64,000 nucleotides of DNA from Candidatus Omnitrophota bacterium (GTDB lineage: Bacteria; Omnitrophota; Omnitrophia; Omnitrophales; JACROU01): NCBI GenBank assembly GCA_029261035.1, contig JAJDCD010000012.1:158776-222775 (forward strand). Direction: 5' to 3'. Made by a program: the position numbers and the translations under genes. How positions within the stretch are numbered: position 1 is the stretch's first letter; each line of letters begins with the position of its first letter. The notes beneath the pieces were generated by a model. That model was given only the letters and a program-made list of their open reading frames with translations. It searched no databases and had not been told where the DNA came from. This document shows positions 36,360-46,417 of this stretch, in pieces.

Positions 36360-39300
36360 CTAATTTACGGGTATTTCTGTCTTCTTCTTTAGTGATAATT
36401 TAGGTATTTTTATGTTTCTCAATTTAGAGAACCCTCTTTTAAGATCATCTAACCCATAATAAAGACATGGGATAATGAATAAGGTAAGAATAGTAGAACT
36501 AATAAGCCCTCCCATAACGGTTATTGCTAAAGGCGCCCATAATTCAGCTGATTGCCCGAAGCTAATAGCCATAGGAGCAAATCCAAGCAACGTAGAGGTC
36601 GTTGTCATCATAATCGGTCTTAAGCGGTCTTGACAAGCCCTCATGAGCAAACTCTCTACATGAGTGTAATCCTCCTTCAACATATTAATTCTATCTATTA
36701 AAATAATAGAACTATTAACCACAGTACCTGCAAGCATAATCATCCCTATAAAAACAGATTGGCTCAAAGGCTTTCCGGTCAAAGTCAAACCTGCCCAAAC
36801 ACCAATGGCAGCTAAAGGAACTGCAACCATAATTAACAACGGCTGAACAAAAGACTGAAACAAACATGCCAGTAACATATATATAAGTACAACTGTGATA
36901 ATCATAGCTTGGCTCAACTGACCTCTTCCTTTAATGAGCTCTGGGTATTTTCCTCCAAATCGAAAATAATAATCTTTTGGAAACTCAACATCTTTTACAG
37001 CCTCCTTAACATCTTTTGCTACGGCTTCAATAGCTCTGGATGTATCTGCTTTTACAAAGACATATCGATGTTTATCTTTTCGATCAATTGTAGAGGGGCC
37101 CGTAGATGGAAAAAAACTAGCCACTTGAGAAATAGGAATTTGATCTCCTCCTTTATTCCCAACCAATATTCTTCTAAGATCCTCTAGCTTTTCACGATAA
37201 ATAGGTTGTAACCGAGTTATTGTTTCTACTTCTTCACCCTTTTCCTGCTCTCTGAATTTTGTTGGCCTCATACCTCTAACCTGCGCATGAATGGAGTCCG
37301 CTACTTGCTTGACGGTTAAATTGTAATAAGAAGCACGGCCACGATCTACAATCAAACTGTACTCAGGCCTTTTTCTCAAATCTGTCATAACAACATTGGA
37401 AAGTCCCGGGACCTTCCCCATAATACCTGTGAATTCATGGGCTAGTTTTTCAAGTTTGTCATTTTCATGACCGTAAATATCGATAACAAGTTTCGTCGAC
37501 TCATCACCAGAAACTCCCTCATCCACAATAACAGAATAATCTTCGTGAACAGTTTTCGCTTCTTCCCCTCCTTTTTCTCTAATATATTTTATAATTTCTT
37601 CCTTAGAAGTTTTTCGTTTTCGTTTCGGCAGTAATTTAACATAAAGCTTTAAGTCATCTTTTCTAACAACCGTATTCATTGTCTCTACTTCAGGAAATTC
37701 GCTCAACAAATCTTCAATTATTTTAGCCACACGATCATTAGCCCCTAATTTAGCCCCTGCAATAGGAAACACAATAACAGAGAATTCATTCTCTTCGTAA
37801 GAACTAGGCATATCCATATCTTTTTTACCAATTTCACCTGCCGCATACACAAAGGAAAGAAAAACAATTAAGAGAACAATGTACTTGTTTTTGAATGTTT
37901 TAGACAAAAGGAAACGATAGCCTGAAAAAAATCGACTCCGCTCTAATTTCTTAAGATCTTCAGCCCCACCTGAACGCCCTAATTTAATACGGCTCATAAG
38001 CATAGGAATAAGCATAACAGCAACGAATAGAGAACAAATAAGAGATGCGCTAATGGTAAAGGCTAAGCCTTGATACATGAGTTGAATTTCTTTATCAATG
38101 AATATAATAGGGAGAAAAACAATGATTGTTGTAGCTGCCGATGCTGCCAACGGAAGCCAAACCTCTTCAGCTCCAACAATGACCGCTTCAAAATGGTGCA
38201 TCCCTTCTTGTTTTTTCTTATAAATATTTTCTATTACAACAATAGAACTATCAACCAACATACCCATAGCTAAAGCCAAACCCGTTAATGTCATCACATT
38301 AATACTAACGCCCAAAGCAGCCATAAATATAAACGTCCCAATTACAGCGGATGGAATAGATAACATAACAATAAAAGCCAAACTAACCTTTCTAAGAAAA
38401 GCAAATATCGTTAATACGGTCAATATCACACCTAACAATAAAGAATTTCGAACTTCTCCAATCGCTTTTTTTATAGACTCAGCCCGATCTGTTATTACGG
38501 AGATTCGGATATCTTCATCTAGAAATTTACGAATTAACTCGACTTCACTTTGAACGGATCTAGAAACCTTAATTGTATTAGAGGTACTTGTCTTTTTAAT
38601 TTGGAGTGAACAATTGTCTTGGTTATTGAGTCTGGCGTAATCCTGCGGCTCCGAATAAGCATCTTTAACTGTGCCAACTTCTTTTAATGGGACAATAGAG
38701 CCTTCTGAAGTTGTCCCCACACCAATTTCACCAATATCTTCTACTTCTGTAAACCCACCAATAGTTCTAATGGCAATATTTAAGGAACCTTGCTGAAAAT
38801 CTCCTGCCAGCAAGTTAACATTAGCACTCCCTACTGTCTCCATTATTTTTTCAACAGTAATATTTTGAGCAAACATGCGGTCGCGATCTAACTCAATTAA
38901 AATCTTTCTTTCTCGACCACCGTAGACATCAACACTCGCGACCCCCTGAACGCGAGCTACTGCAGGTTTAATATTTTTTTCAACATATTCGCGAAGTTCT
39001 TCTGGCGTCTTTACTCCTGAAACAATTGAAAATATTAAAATAGGACTGTCTGAATCATTAAAGTTAGCTATGATCGGTTTTTCAATTTCTTCAGGTAATT
39101 TATTTTTTACTTTGGCAAATTTTTCTCTTACTTCTAGAGCAGCAAAATCCATATTCGTTCCAGGTTCAAACTGCAACGTAACTTTAGATTCCCCTTCACG
39201 CGAATTAGAAAATAAGTTTTTAAGGCGTGCAACAGTAGCTACCGATTCTTCAACGGGCTTGGTGATCAAAGACTCTACTTCAACGGGAGCTAAACCACCT

Positions 39301-39455
39301 CTAGCTCTTGTTGTAACTGAAATAATTCCTCGAGACATGTTTTGATAGAGTTCAACTTGAAGACTGATTAAGGAAATAACACCTAGGAGGATAATCCCAA
39401 CAAAGAATATGATAGTAAAAACAGGTCGTCTAACAGAAAAATTTGGAAGTCCCAT
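36360..39455 (-). CDS. RND (AcrB/AcrD/AcrF family, SwrC-like) permease subunit 2
   Basis: 1031 aa. N-terminal SVRRPV, ITKPVEE, GMLVDSSIVVIENI, RLRPIMMT and PLAITVMGGL follow the 12-TM RND layout. Confidence 0.95.
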   Translation of the reverse strand: MGLPNFSVRRPVFTIIFFVGIILLGVISLISLQVELYQNMSRGIISVTTRARGGLAPVEVESLITKPVEESVATVARLKNLFSNSREGESKVTLQFEPGTNMDFAALEVREKFAKVKNKLPEEIEKPIIANFNDSDSPILIFSIVSGVKTPEELREYVEKNIKPAVARVQGVASVDVYGGRERKILIELDRDRMFAQNITVEKIMETVGSANVNLLAGDFQQGSLNIAIRTIGGFTEVEDIGEIGVGTTSEGSIVPLKEVGTVKDAYSEPQDYARLNNQDNCSLQIKKTSTSNTIKVSRSVQSEVELIRKFLDEDIRISVITDRAESIKKAIGEVRNSLLLGVILTVLTIFAFLRKVSLAFIVMLSIPSAVIGTFIFMAALGVSINVMTLTGLALAMGMLVDSSIVVIENIYKKKQEGMHHFEAVIVGAEEVWLPLAASAATTIIVFLPIIFIDKEIQLMYQGLAFTISASLICSLFVAVMLIPMLMSRIKLGRSGGAEDLKKLERSRFFSGYRFLLSKTFKNKYIVLLIVFLSFVYAAGEIGKKDMDMPSSYEENEFSVIVFPIAGAKLGANDRVAKIIEDLLSEFPEVETMNTVVRKDDLKLYVKLLPKRKRKTSKEEIIKYIREKGGEEAKTVHEDYSVIVDEGVSGDESTKLVIDIYGHENDKLEKLAHEFTGIMGKVPGLSNVVMTDLRKRPEYSLIVDRGRASYYNLTVKQVADSIHAQVRGMRPTKFREQEKGEEVETITRLQPIYREKLEDLRRILVGNKGGDQIPISQVASFFPSTGPSTIDRKDKHRYVFVKADTSRAIEAVAKDVKEAVKDVEFPKDYYFRFGGKYPELIKGRGQLSQAMIITVVLIYMLLACLFQSFVQPLLIMVAVPLAAIGVWAGLTLTGKPLSQSVFIGMIMLAGTVVNSSIILIDRINMLKEDYTHVESLLMRACQDRLRPIMMTTTSTLLGFAPMAISFGQSAELWAPLAITVMGGLISSTILTLFIIPCLYYGLDDLKRGFSKLRNIKIPKLSLKKKTEIPVN

Positions 39456-39475
39456 AACGTTGTCCTCGAATCCAT

Positions 39476-39632
39476 TAGCGGACAGCGTTTAGCGTGGAGC
39501 GTATAGGGTCTTTTGTCAATAGGCTCATCTGTCCAAAACATGTCCACTTAATCTATAATTCACTTTATTTATACTACGCGTCACAAAAGAACCCAGTTTT
39601 ACTATCCGCTCTACGCTATGCGCTACACGCTA
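39476..39632. repeat. Long imperfect inverted repeat with heptamer (nAGCGnn) arms between the two RND genes
   Basis: Left arm tagcgga-cagcgtt-tagcgtg-gagcgta-tag-ggtcttttgt. Right arm acaaaagaaccc...cta-tccgctc-tacgcta-tgcgcta-cacgcta. Confidence 0.8.
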
Positions 39633-42600
39633 GTAGTAGTTTCCTCAGTTTCTTCATAATCTTCATCTTCTTCTAGCTCGTCATCAAAATCTTCTGGTTG
39701 TCCTAATATAAGATTGGTCAATCGAGTTACTAACACATAAAGAGACGGCACTACAAAAAGTGAAAATACGGTAGAAGAAACTAATCCCCCCATGACAACG
39801 ATTGCTAGTGGGGCTCTTAATTCAGCCCCTTCACCTGTTCCTATAGCCATAGGAACCAAACCCATAGCCGAGGTGGCTGCTGTTAACATAATCGGACGAG
39901 CTCTCACCTTAGCGGCTGTAATAGCAGACTCTACGACACCCATCCCTTTTTCCCTTAAGTTATTAATATATTCAATCAATACGATTCCATTATTAACCAC
40001 AATACCACCCAGCATCACAATTCCCAGAAGCACAATCACATTCACACTTTTCCCTGCTAAAAAGAGCGCCACAGAAACACCAAAAATAGACAAAGGAACT
40101 GTAAACATAATAATGAGTGGTTGAATAAAAGATTCAAACTGCGCTGCCATAATCATATAAACTAAAACAATAGCCAATACGAGAGCAAAAATGATTTTTT
40201 GAAAAGATTCCTGAACCTCTTTAGCCTCACCCGCTGGAGCAACAAAATAACCTTCCTCCAACTGAATCTTATCCAACTCCATTTCAATATAAGAAATCAC
40301 CTCTTTTTTATCTGCTTCTTTAATCAAATCAGCTGTAACAGTTACCGTTCTTTGCTGATCTTTCCTTCTGATTTCACTTGGCCCTCGGCCAACCTCTAAA
40401 GTGGCCACTTCTTTCAAAGGAACCATCGCATCAATCACATTACTCTTAATCAAGAGACTGCTCAAAGTACTCAAGTCTTCCCGATCTTCAGCTCTAAGCT
40501 GCACACGAATATCAAACTCTCTCCCCTCAGATTTAAATTTTGTAGGAACCATCCCTTCAATAGCAGCTTTAGCTGTTAAGGAAATATCACGTGCTGAAAT
40601 TCCGTACAAAGCAGCTTTCTTTTTATCAATAATAATTCTAGTTTCAGGACTCGACTTTCCTAAGTCATCCGTTATGGCAATAATTTCTTCTTTTGAGCCC
40701 AAAATATCTTTAACTTGTGATGTTAATTCAGCTAACCGTTTTAAATCATACCCCTTAACTTCGACAACAATTGGCTTACTACCTCCAGCAGCAAAAGCAA
40801 ATTCGCTCTCACCCGCTATAAATTGAACTTCAGCTCCTTTAACATCGAGCTTCAATACTTCGGCTCTAATTTCTTCAATAACATAAGAGGATGGTACTTT
40901 TCGTTCAGAATTTAAATTAATCAATATTTGAGCTTGTGACGCCCTTAATCCTTCAGCTCCTCCTCCAGAGTCTGCTGAGGAACCAATACTCACAGCCATT
41001 TTTTCAACGAGAGGATGGGCAGAAACCACTTTTTCTAATATTTCCACCAATTCATCCGTCGCTGAAATCGTTGTTCCTACAGGCATATCCACCTTAACCA
41101 AGAACTGACCTTGATCTACCTTGGGCAGAACTTCTTGAGGCAAACTTCCTAGAATTTGTGTCCCAATAAAAAATAGAAAAAATGAAGCAATAACAAAACT
41201 ACCAAAAATCATATTTTGCTTTTTAGGGGATTTTGAACAAATAGACTCTTGAAAAGAGTTAACTTTTTTCATTAAATTATTAGGTTCTTTGTTCGGATTT
41301 AATTGTTTATCATTCAGTTTAATTTTAACTGCAAACAAAGGAATAATAAAAAGAGCTGCAAAAATAGCTACAACAAGTGAAAAAATCACTGTCCACGATA
41401 AATCTTTAAATAATTGGCCAGCAACTCCTGGAACAAAAATAATAAGCGGAAAAAATACAGCAATATTTGTTAAAGAAGAAGAAACAATGGGCCACATAAC
41501 TTCTTCTGTCCCTTCAACAGTAGCCTCTCTTGCCTCCTTACCTTCTACGCGTAAACGAAATATATTTTCGATCAACACAATCCCATTATCAATAACCATA
41601 CCAATACCTAAAGCAACACCCGCCAAGGACATCATATTAAAAGTAATACCTCGAGCAAACATTAAAAAGAAAACACCCATCACAGTAACTGGAATAATTA
41701 AAACAACCGCAAAAGAAGTAATGAAATTACGCAGAGCAATCAACAAAACAATAAAAGCCAAAAGACCTCCTTGCCATGCATTGTTGACGACATCTTGAAT
41801 AGAGGCTTTGATAAATATGGAACCATCATAAATGATCTCAACATCAACATCTCTAGACTCTAATTCTTCTCTTAATATCAATAGGGTATCGCGAATTCGT
41901 TCTGCCACTTTAATCGTATTTGCTTCTGCTTGTTTTTGAATGGAGAGGGAAATATTTGGAAGGCTATTATAACGAGAAATACTACTCACATCTTTAAATG
42001 TATCATTAACCTGAGAAATGTCTTGAAAGTAAATAAGTCTCTTTCTAACAACACCTCTTCGGCTCTTATCCCGCTCTCCCTCAACCGTATCTCTCGCAGA
42101 AAAAGAAGAAGATCTTTCTAAAAATGAAGTCTCTTTTTGTTGGGACTGATCTTTTTGTTCTATTCCGGCTACTACAAAAGGAATTTCTTCTACCTTTTTA
42201 AATTCCCCTACGGTGCGAATTAAATATTCATATAAACCTTTTTTAATACTTCCGGCTGGATACGAAAGGTTTGTTTGTTCTAATTTTTCAGAAATCCCCA
42301 ATAGAGAGAGTTTAGAAGCTAGCAAACGACCCTGATCCACTTCAACAAGAATATGTCTATCTAAACCACCACTCAATGAAGCTGATGCGACACCTTCTAC
42401 TTTCTCTAAATTATCTTTTAATGTTTTTTCAGCAATGTATTTCAAATCCATCAGCTCTAGGCTTCCTGTCACAGACAAAATCATTACAGGCTTAGCCAAT
42501 GGATCAAATTTTAAAACTTGAGGATCTTGAGATTCTTTTGGAAGCTTTTCTTTTACAAGGTCGATTTTTTCACGAACCGCGAGAGCAGCAAAATCAATAT

Positions 42601-42898
42601 CCGTTCCCCATGAAAATGAAATGGAAATTAAACTCTTTCCTTCCCTTGAGACAGACTCCATTCTTCTTAAGCCCCCAACAGAACCCAAAGTTTCTTCTAT
42701 AGGCTTTGTAATCAAGGCCTCGATTTCTTCTGGAGCAGCATTAGGATATTCGGTGACAACACTAATTTGGGGAAAAGTGATAGGTGGAAATAATTGCTGA
42801 GGTATTCGAGCAATGGCAATGAATCCCAGCAAAACAATTCCTAAGACTAGCATAATCACAGTTACGCGACGACTCAGGGTAAATTCGGATAATGTCAT
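39623..42898 (-). CDS. RND (AcrB/AcrD/AcrF family, SwrC-like) permease subunit 1
   Basis: 1091 aa. ITKPIEE, GMVIDNGIVLIENI, MAAQFESFIQP, RARPIMLT and GEGAELRAPLA motifs. Acidic C-terminal tail. Confidence 0.95.
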   Translation of the reverse strand: MTLSEFTLSRRVTVIMLVLGIVLLGFIAIARIPQQLFPPITFPQISVVTEYPNAAPEEIEALITKPIEETLGSVGGLRRMESVSREGKSLISISFSWGTDIDFAALAVREKIDLVKEKLPKESQDPQVLKFDPLAKPVMILSVTGSLELMDLKYIAEKTLKDNLEKVEGVASASLSGGLDRHILVEVDQGRLLASKLSLLGISEKLEQTNLSYPAGSIKKGLYEYLIRTVGEFKKVEEIPFVVAGIEQKDQSQQKETSFLERSSSFSARDTVEGERDKSRRGVVRKRLIYFQDISQVNDTFKDVSSISRYNSLPNISLSIQKQAEANTIKVAERIRDTLLILREELESRDVDVEIIYDGSIFIKASIQDVVNNAWQGGLLAFIVLLIALRNFITSFAVVLIIPVTVMGVFFLMFARGITFNMMSLAGVALGIGMVIDNGIVLIENIFRLRVEGKEAREATVEGTEEVMWPIVSSSLTNIAVFFPLIIFVPGVAGQLFKDLSWTVIFSLVVAIFAALFIIPLFAVKIKLNDKQLNPNKEPNNLMKKVNSFQESICSKSPKKQNMIFGSFVIASFFLFFIGTQILGSLPQEVLPKVDQGQFLVKVDMPVGTTISATDELVEILEKVVSAHPLVEKMAVSIGSSADSGGGAEGLRASQAQILINLNSERKVPSSYVIEEIRAEVLKLDVKGAEVQFIAGESEFAFAAGGSKPIVVEVKGYDLKRLAELTSQVKDILGSKEEIIAITDDLGKSSPETRIIIDKKKAALYGISARDISLTAKAAIEGMVPTKFKSEGREFDIRVQLRAEDREDLSTLSSLLIKSNVIDAMVPLKEVATLEVGRGPSEIRRKDQQRTVTVTADLIKEADKKEVISYIEMELDKIQLEEGYFVAPAGEAKEVQESFQKIIFALVLAIVLVYMIMAAQFESFIQPLIIMFTVPLSIFGVSVALFLAGKSVNVIVLLGIVMLGGIVVNNGIVLIEYINNLREKGMGVVESAITAAKVRARPIMLTAATSAMGLVPMAIGTGEGAELRAPLAIVVMGGLVSSTVFSLFVVPSLYVLVTRLTNLILGQPEDFDDELEEDEDYEETEETTTSV

Positions 42899-43024
42899 AG
42901 TTCACCTCAAGGTTCTTTATAAGTATACACCATATTTGCATTTATGACATTTCTTAGTTGCTAAACGGTGTTCCGAGGAGGGATTTAGATATTTATCCTT
43001 GCTACTATAGTAAATATCTCTTAA

Positions 43025-44263
43025 TTATAGCTGTAATTCCTGCTTCTCTAATATCTTAACTTTACTACCATCTTCTAGCTTTTCATACCCATAATTCACC
43101 AGCAATTCCTCATCATTTAAACCATAATCAATTTGAGTATAATCTTCTCTTTGGTAGCCAATTTTTATCGATTTTTTTGAAGCCGTCATAGTTTCTTCAT
43201 CTACAACAAAGGCATAAGCATCATCTTTTTTACCCAAAACTGTTTCTGTAGGGACAACTACGGTATTCTTTTTACTATAAATTAAAATTTTAATACGTGA
43301 AAACATTCCAGGAAGTAATAAACCTTCTGGGTTTTCAACACGAACTCGCACAGAAGCCGTTCTAGATGTTCCTGCCACAACAGGTGAAATATTTTCTACA
43401 GTCCCTTCAAATGTCTTTTCAGGGTAAGCATCAATAAAAACTCGTGACCTCTGACCTAAAGCCAGTTTATTCACATCTCTTTCTACGACACCAAATTCAA
43501 TTAGTACATATTCTGTAAATACATGCGTCCCGACTAAAGTATTCTGCGTAATCGCCTCGCCCTCTTCTACATAAAGTTCCCCAATCATTCCATCAGAGAC
43601 CGCATACAAATTGGTCTTTTCTAACAAAGATTCATTCGTCTTAACTTCTAAAGCCGTCGACTCAGCCTCATACTGTGCACTTTCAAGTTCTAATTTAACT
43701 GCATCTGAAGTCGATTTAGGAATAGCTCCAATCTCAAAAAGCATTTCATGCTCCCGAACTTTTTCTTCAGCAATTTTCAAAGCAGTAAGAGATTTATTGG
43801 ATTGAGCCTGAGAACGTTTTAAATTAAGAAGAATATCATCTTGCTTCAACGACATCAACAAAGCTCCTTCTTCATAGTTCTCACCTTCACGATAGTTGAT
43901 CGAATTGATCAAACCAGGCACTTCAAAACTTAACTTAAATTCAATAGCTCCCTTTACCGTCCCCAAACCCTTTAGAGAGTCTTCAAAATTAAATCGCTTA
44001 ATAGGAAAAACTTTAACCGAAACTAAATCCTGATCTTCATTTTGAGCTTGCTCTTGGGCCTGTTCTGGCTTAGGACCTTTTTTACTAAAGAAGAATTGAT
44101 TCGCAAACAAAAGACCAAAAAAACTCAAGATAATAATAACGACAAGAGGCTTTGATAATTTAAACTTGAAATTGGGAGGAATTATATTGAACGAGGATTT
44201 CTTTTCTGGAACTTCCTCACCTTCACCCTTATTCACATTTGAATTTTCATCTTCTAACGTCAT
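43025..44263 (-). CDS. RND periplasmic adaptor (membrane fusion protein)
   Basis: Single N-terminal TM, lipoyl-like halves flanking a helical hairpin, and GTVENISPVV...TRT..VRVRVENPEGLLLPGMF. Confidence 0.92.
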   Translation of the reverse strand: MTLEDENSNVNKGEGEEVPEKKSSFNIIPPNFKFKLSKPLVVIIILSFFGLLFANQFFFSKKGPKPEQAQEQAQNEDQDLVSVKVFPIKRFNFEDSLKGLGTVKGAIEFKLSFEVPGLINSINYREGENYEEGALLMSLKQDDILLNLKRSQAQSNKSLTALKIAEEKVREHEMLFEIGAIPKSTSDAVKLELESAQYEAESTALEVKTNESLLEKTNLYAVSDGMIGELYVEEGEAITQNTLVGTHVFTEYVLIEFGVVERDVNKLALGQRSRVFIDAYPEKTFEGTVENISPVVAGTSRTASVRVRVENPEGLLLPGMFSRIKILIYSKKNTVVVPTETVLGKKDDAYAFVVDEETMTASKKSIKIGYQREDYTQIDYGLNDEELLVNYGYEKLEDGSKVKILEKQELQL

Positions 44264-46326
44264 TATCTAACCTTCCCTTGAAAAGACTCCATTTTGAGAA
44301 TATCTTGTTTCCCAATTGCTTTATTTAATGAAATCCTTGCAATAATAAAATCTGATACTGATTGCGTATACTCTTGTTTCGCATCCAACAAATCTTTTTC
44401 AGCTTGCAAATACTCTGAAATTTGAATTTGATTTTTCCCCAACTGATAAAACTTCAACTGCGCTACGCGTTTTCTATGTTCCATTTTCTTCACCGTTGAA
44501 TCTAATTGGATCAGAGCCCTGTTATACCCATAAAAAGTCTCTTTAACTTCTTTAACTACCTCATTTTCCTTCTCTTGTAATTCTACCATCTGTTCCATCA
44601 TTTGAATACGTGCTTCTTTTTCATCCACAAAAGCATCAATTGCGTCAAAGAGGGCAAATGTAAATTTATGCGTGTTAGTTCGAGTCCCAGATCCCCCTTG
44701 GAACTCCGTTACACTAGGGCCTCTCTGGTCTGTGTCAAAGCTATATTCGAAGGTATTTCCAAAAACATTAGAGGTTGTTTCTACACCAAATTTAAATTCA
44801 GAAGACCAAGAAGGGTCCGGGTTATTATCCAAGAAAGACTCTGCTGTCTGCCCCGTTTCAAGAATGACATCAAATTGAGGTAAAAGTTTACCAACCTCTC
44901 CCTTCAATTTATGTCTATTAGCCAAGAGCTTAAACTCTTCTAATCTTAAATCCGCCCTGTTTTGATAAGCAACCTCAACAAGGTCCTCTAACTGTTGAGA
45001 AACTCGATCTATTTTCTCAACATCTGCAACAGCAAAAAAAGAAGAAGTGTCCATCATTTCCTCTGGAAGAGCTTCGTTTTTTAACCGATCCATAGAATCT
45101 ACTTCAATCATCTCCCCTTCAGGCAACTTCAAGAAACGAGATAGATCTAATTGTGCCAGAGCCAGGTCTTGATAAGAGGTTTCCAGTTCTGCTCGCAATT
45201 CTCCCAAAAGAGAATCTGTATTAAGAAACTCTATTTCTGAAACAATCCCAGCTTTTCTCTTTTCAACATTTTGTATTTTTAATTTATTCATTCGTAAAGA
45301 AAAATCAGACATTCCAGTAAACAAGGTTTGAGCACGAGAATAGTTCAAATACGCTTCAGCAACTTGCATTACTAATTCCGAAAGCTCAGACAACGACTCT
45401 TCTTTACTAGCTTTGTAACTAGCCCTTTCTTCCTTATATGCATTCCAAAGTGTTCCACCTCTAAAAATAGGCTGCTTCAAATTGATTCTCCAGGAATCCC
45501 CTGTAAAAGCGCCTTGACTCAAAGAACCTCCCTTTTCATTAAGCTCAACATCCATTTCAGGAAATAGGTCTCTAAATGATTTCAGCAATCTTATTTTTGC
45601 TGTCTTTTCTTTCTCCTTTGCAATTCTCACAGGAATAAAGACCTCCATCGCCCTCATAACAACTTCTTCTAGAGACTTCGCTTCTTGAGCAAGAAAAATT
45701 TCCCTCTCCAACAAATCTTTTTTGTTAACCACTTCCTTAAAATATTTTTTATCCAGATTTGGAAAACGCTTCTGCAAAGCAGCTCTTTCTAGCTTTACCT
45801 GCGCCTTAATTAATTTTCTATCCTGCTTCTCAAGGTCCTTATAGGATGTGACTGAATTCAATTCTGAGGAGTTTTCTTTGAATGAGTTCCAACGATCGTT
45901 AATTTCACTAACCGTCATTCCATAATATTTTTGTGTTTTCTTACGGTGCTTCACTAAATCAGAAGATGATTGAGCTTCTAGACGCATAACTTCTTTTTCC
46001 TGCCGCAAGCTCTCTTCTTGTTGCTTAACTTTTTCTTCAGCCAATTTTTCTCGCTCTGTATTCAGCTTCTCTTCAAGCTCTTGACTCTTAATTTCTTCTT
46101 GTTTTTTGATTTCTAATTTTGTTTTTTGAGGACTAACTAAAGGAGGTTGAACAGATGAACTCGTGGTTGTTTTTTGCTGATCCACAAACGAAAACACCTC
46201 TTCCCCCTCATCAACGTAAGGAGATTGAGGCCCATACACACCCTCGGTGTTTTCAGACCAAGATGAAGGAATACAAAATATTAATACTAAGATGGTGATT
46301 GGTAGTAAAAACTTCCATGCTTTCAT
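44263..46326 (-). CDS. TolC-family outer membrane factor with long charged N-terminal extension
   Basis: Signal peptide and two OEP-like halves (RDLFPE...LKQPIFRGG...VAEAY; NRADL...LLPQFD...VKETFY...LNKAIG). Its stop overlaps the MFP start. Confidence 0.85.
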   Translation of the reverse strand: MKAWKFLLPITILVLIFCIPSSWSENTEGVYGPQSPYVDEGEEVFSFVDQQKTTTSSSVQPPLVSPQKTKLEIKKQEEIKSQELEEKLNTEREKLAEEKVKQQEESLRQEKEVMRLEAQSSSDLVKHRKKTQKYYGMTVSEINDRWNSFKENSSELNSVTSYKDLEKQDRKLIKAQVKLERAALQKRFPNLDKKYFKEVVNKKDLLEREIFLAQEAKSLEEVVMRAMEVFIPVRIAKEKEKTAKIRLLKSFRDLFPEMDVELNEKGGSLSQGAFTGDSWRINLKQPIFRGGTLWNAYKEERASYKASKEESLSELSELVMQVAEAYLNYSRAQTLFTGMSDFSLRMNKLKIQNVEKRKAGIVSEIEFLNTDSLLGELRAELETSYQDLALAQLDLSRFLKLPEGEMIEVDSMDRLKNEALPEEMMDTSSFFAVADVEKIDRVSQQLEDLVEVAYQNRADLRLEEFKLLANRHKLKGEVGKLLPQFDVILETGQTAESFLDNNPDPSWSSEFKFGVETTSNVFGNTFEYSFDTDQRGPSVTEFQGGSGTRTNTHKFTFALFDAIDAFVDEKEARIQMMEQMVELQEKENEVVKEVKETFYGYNRALIQLDSTVKKMEHRKRVAQLKFYQLGKNQIQISEYLQAEKDLLDAKQEYTQSVSDFIIARISLNKAIGKQDILKMESFQGKVR

Positions 46327-46380
46327 TAGAGGTTCCTCTATAAAATAAGGTGCTGATCCATTTACAAAAACAGTGTTATA

Positions 46381-46407
46381 TTATCGGCTATAATAGCTTT
46401 TAACTAA
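46381..46407 (-). promoter_or_regulatory. Sigma28 (FliA/WhiG)-like promoter upstream of the TolC-MFP-RND-RND operon
   Basis: Minus strand TTAGTTAA-N11-GCCGATAA, compared with the E. coli sigma28 consensus TAAAGTTT-N11-GCCGATAA. Confidence 0.6.
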
Positions 46408-46417
46408 AGCAGCTTGT

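Noticed and set aside
36360-46326. Classical type I secretion system for an RTX adhesin
   Set aside because: The inner membrane components are RND permeases, not ABC transporters. I saw no GGxGxD nonapeptide arrays, and the giant protein has an N-terminal signal.
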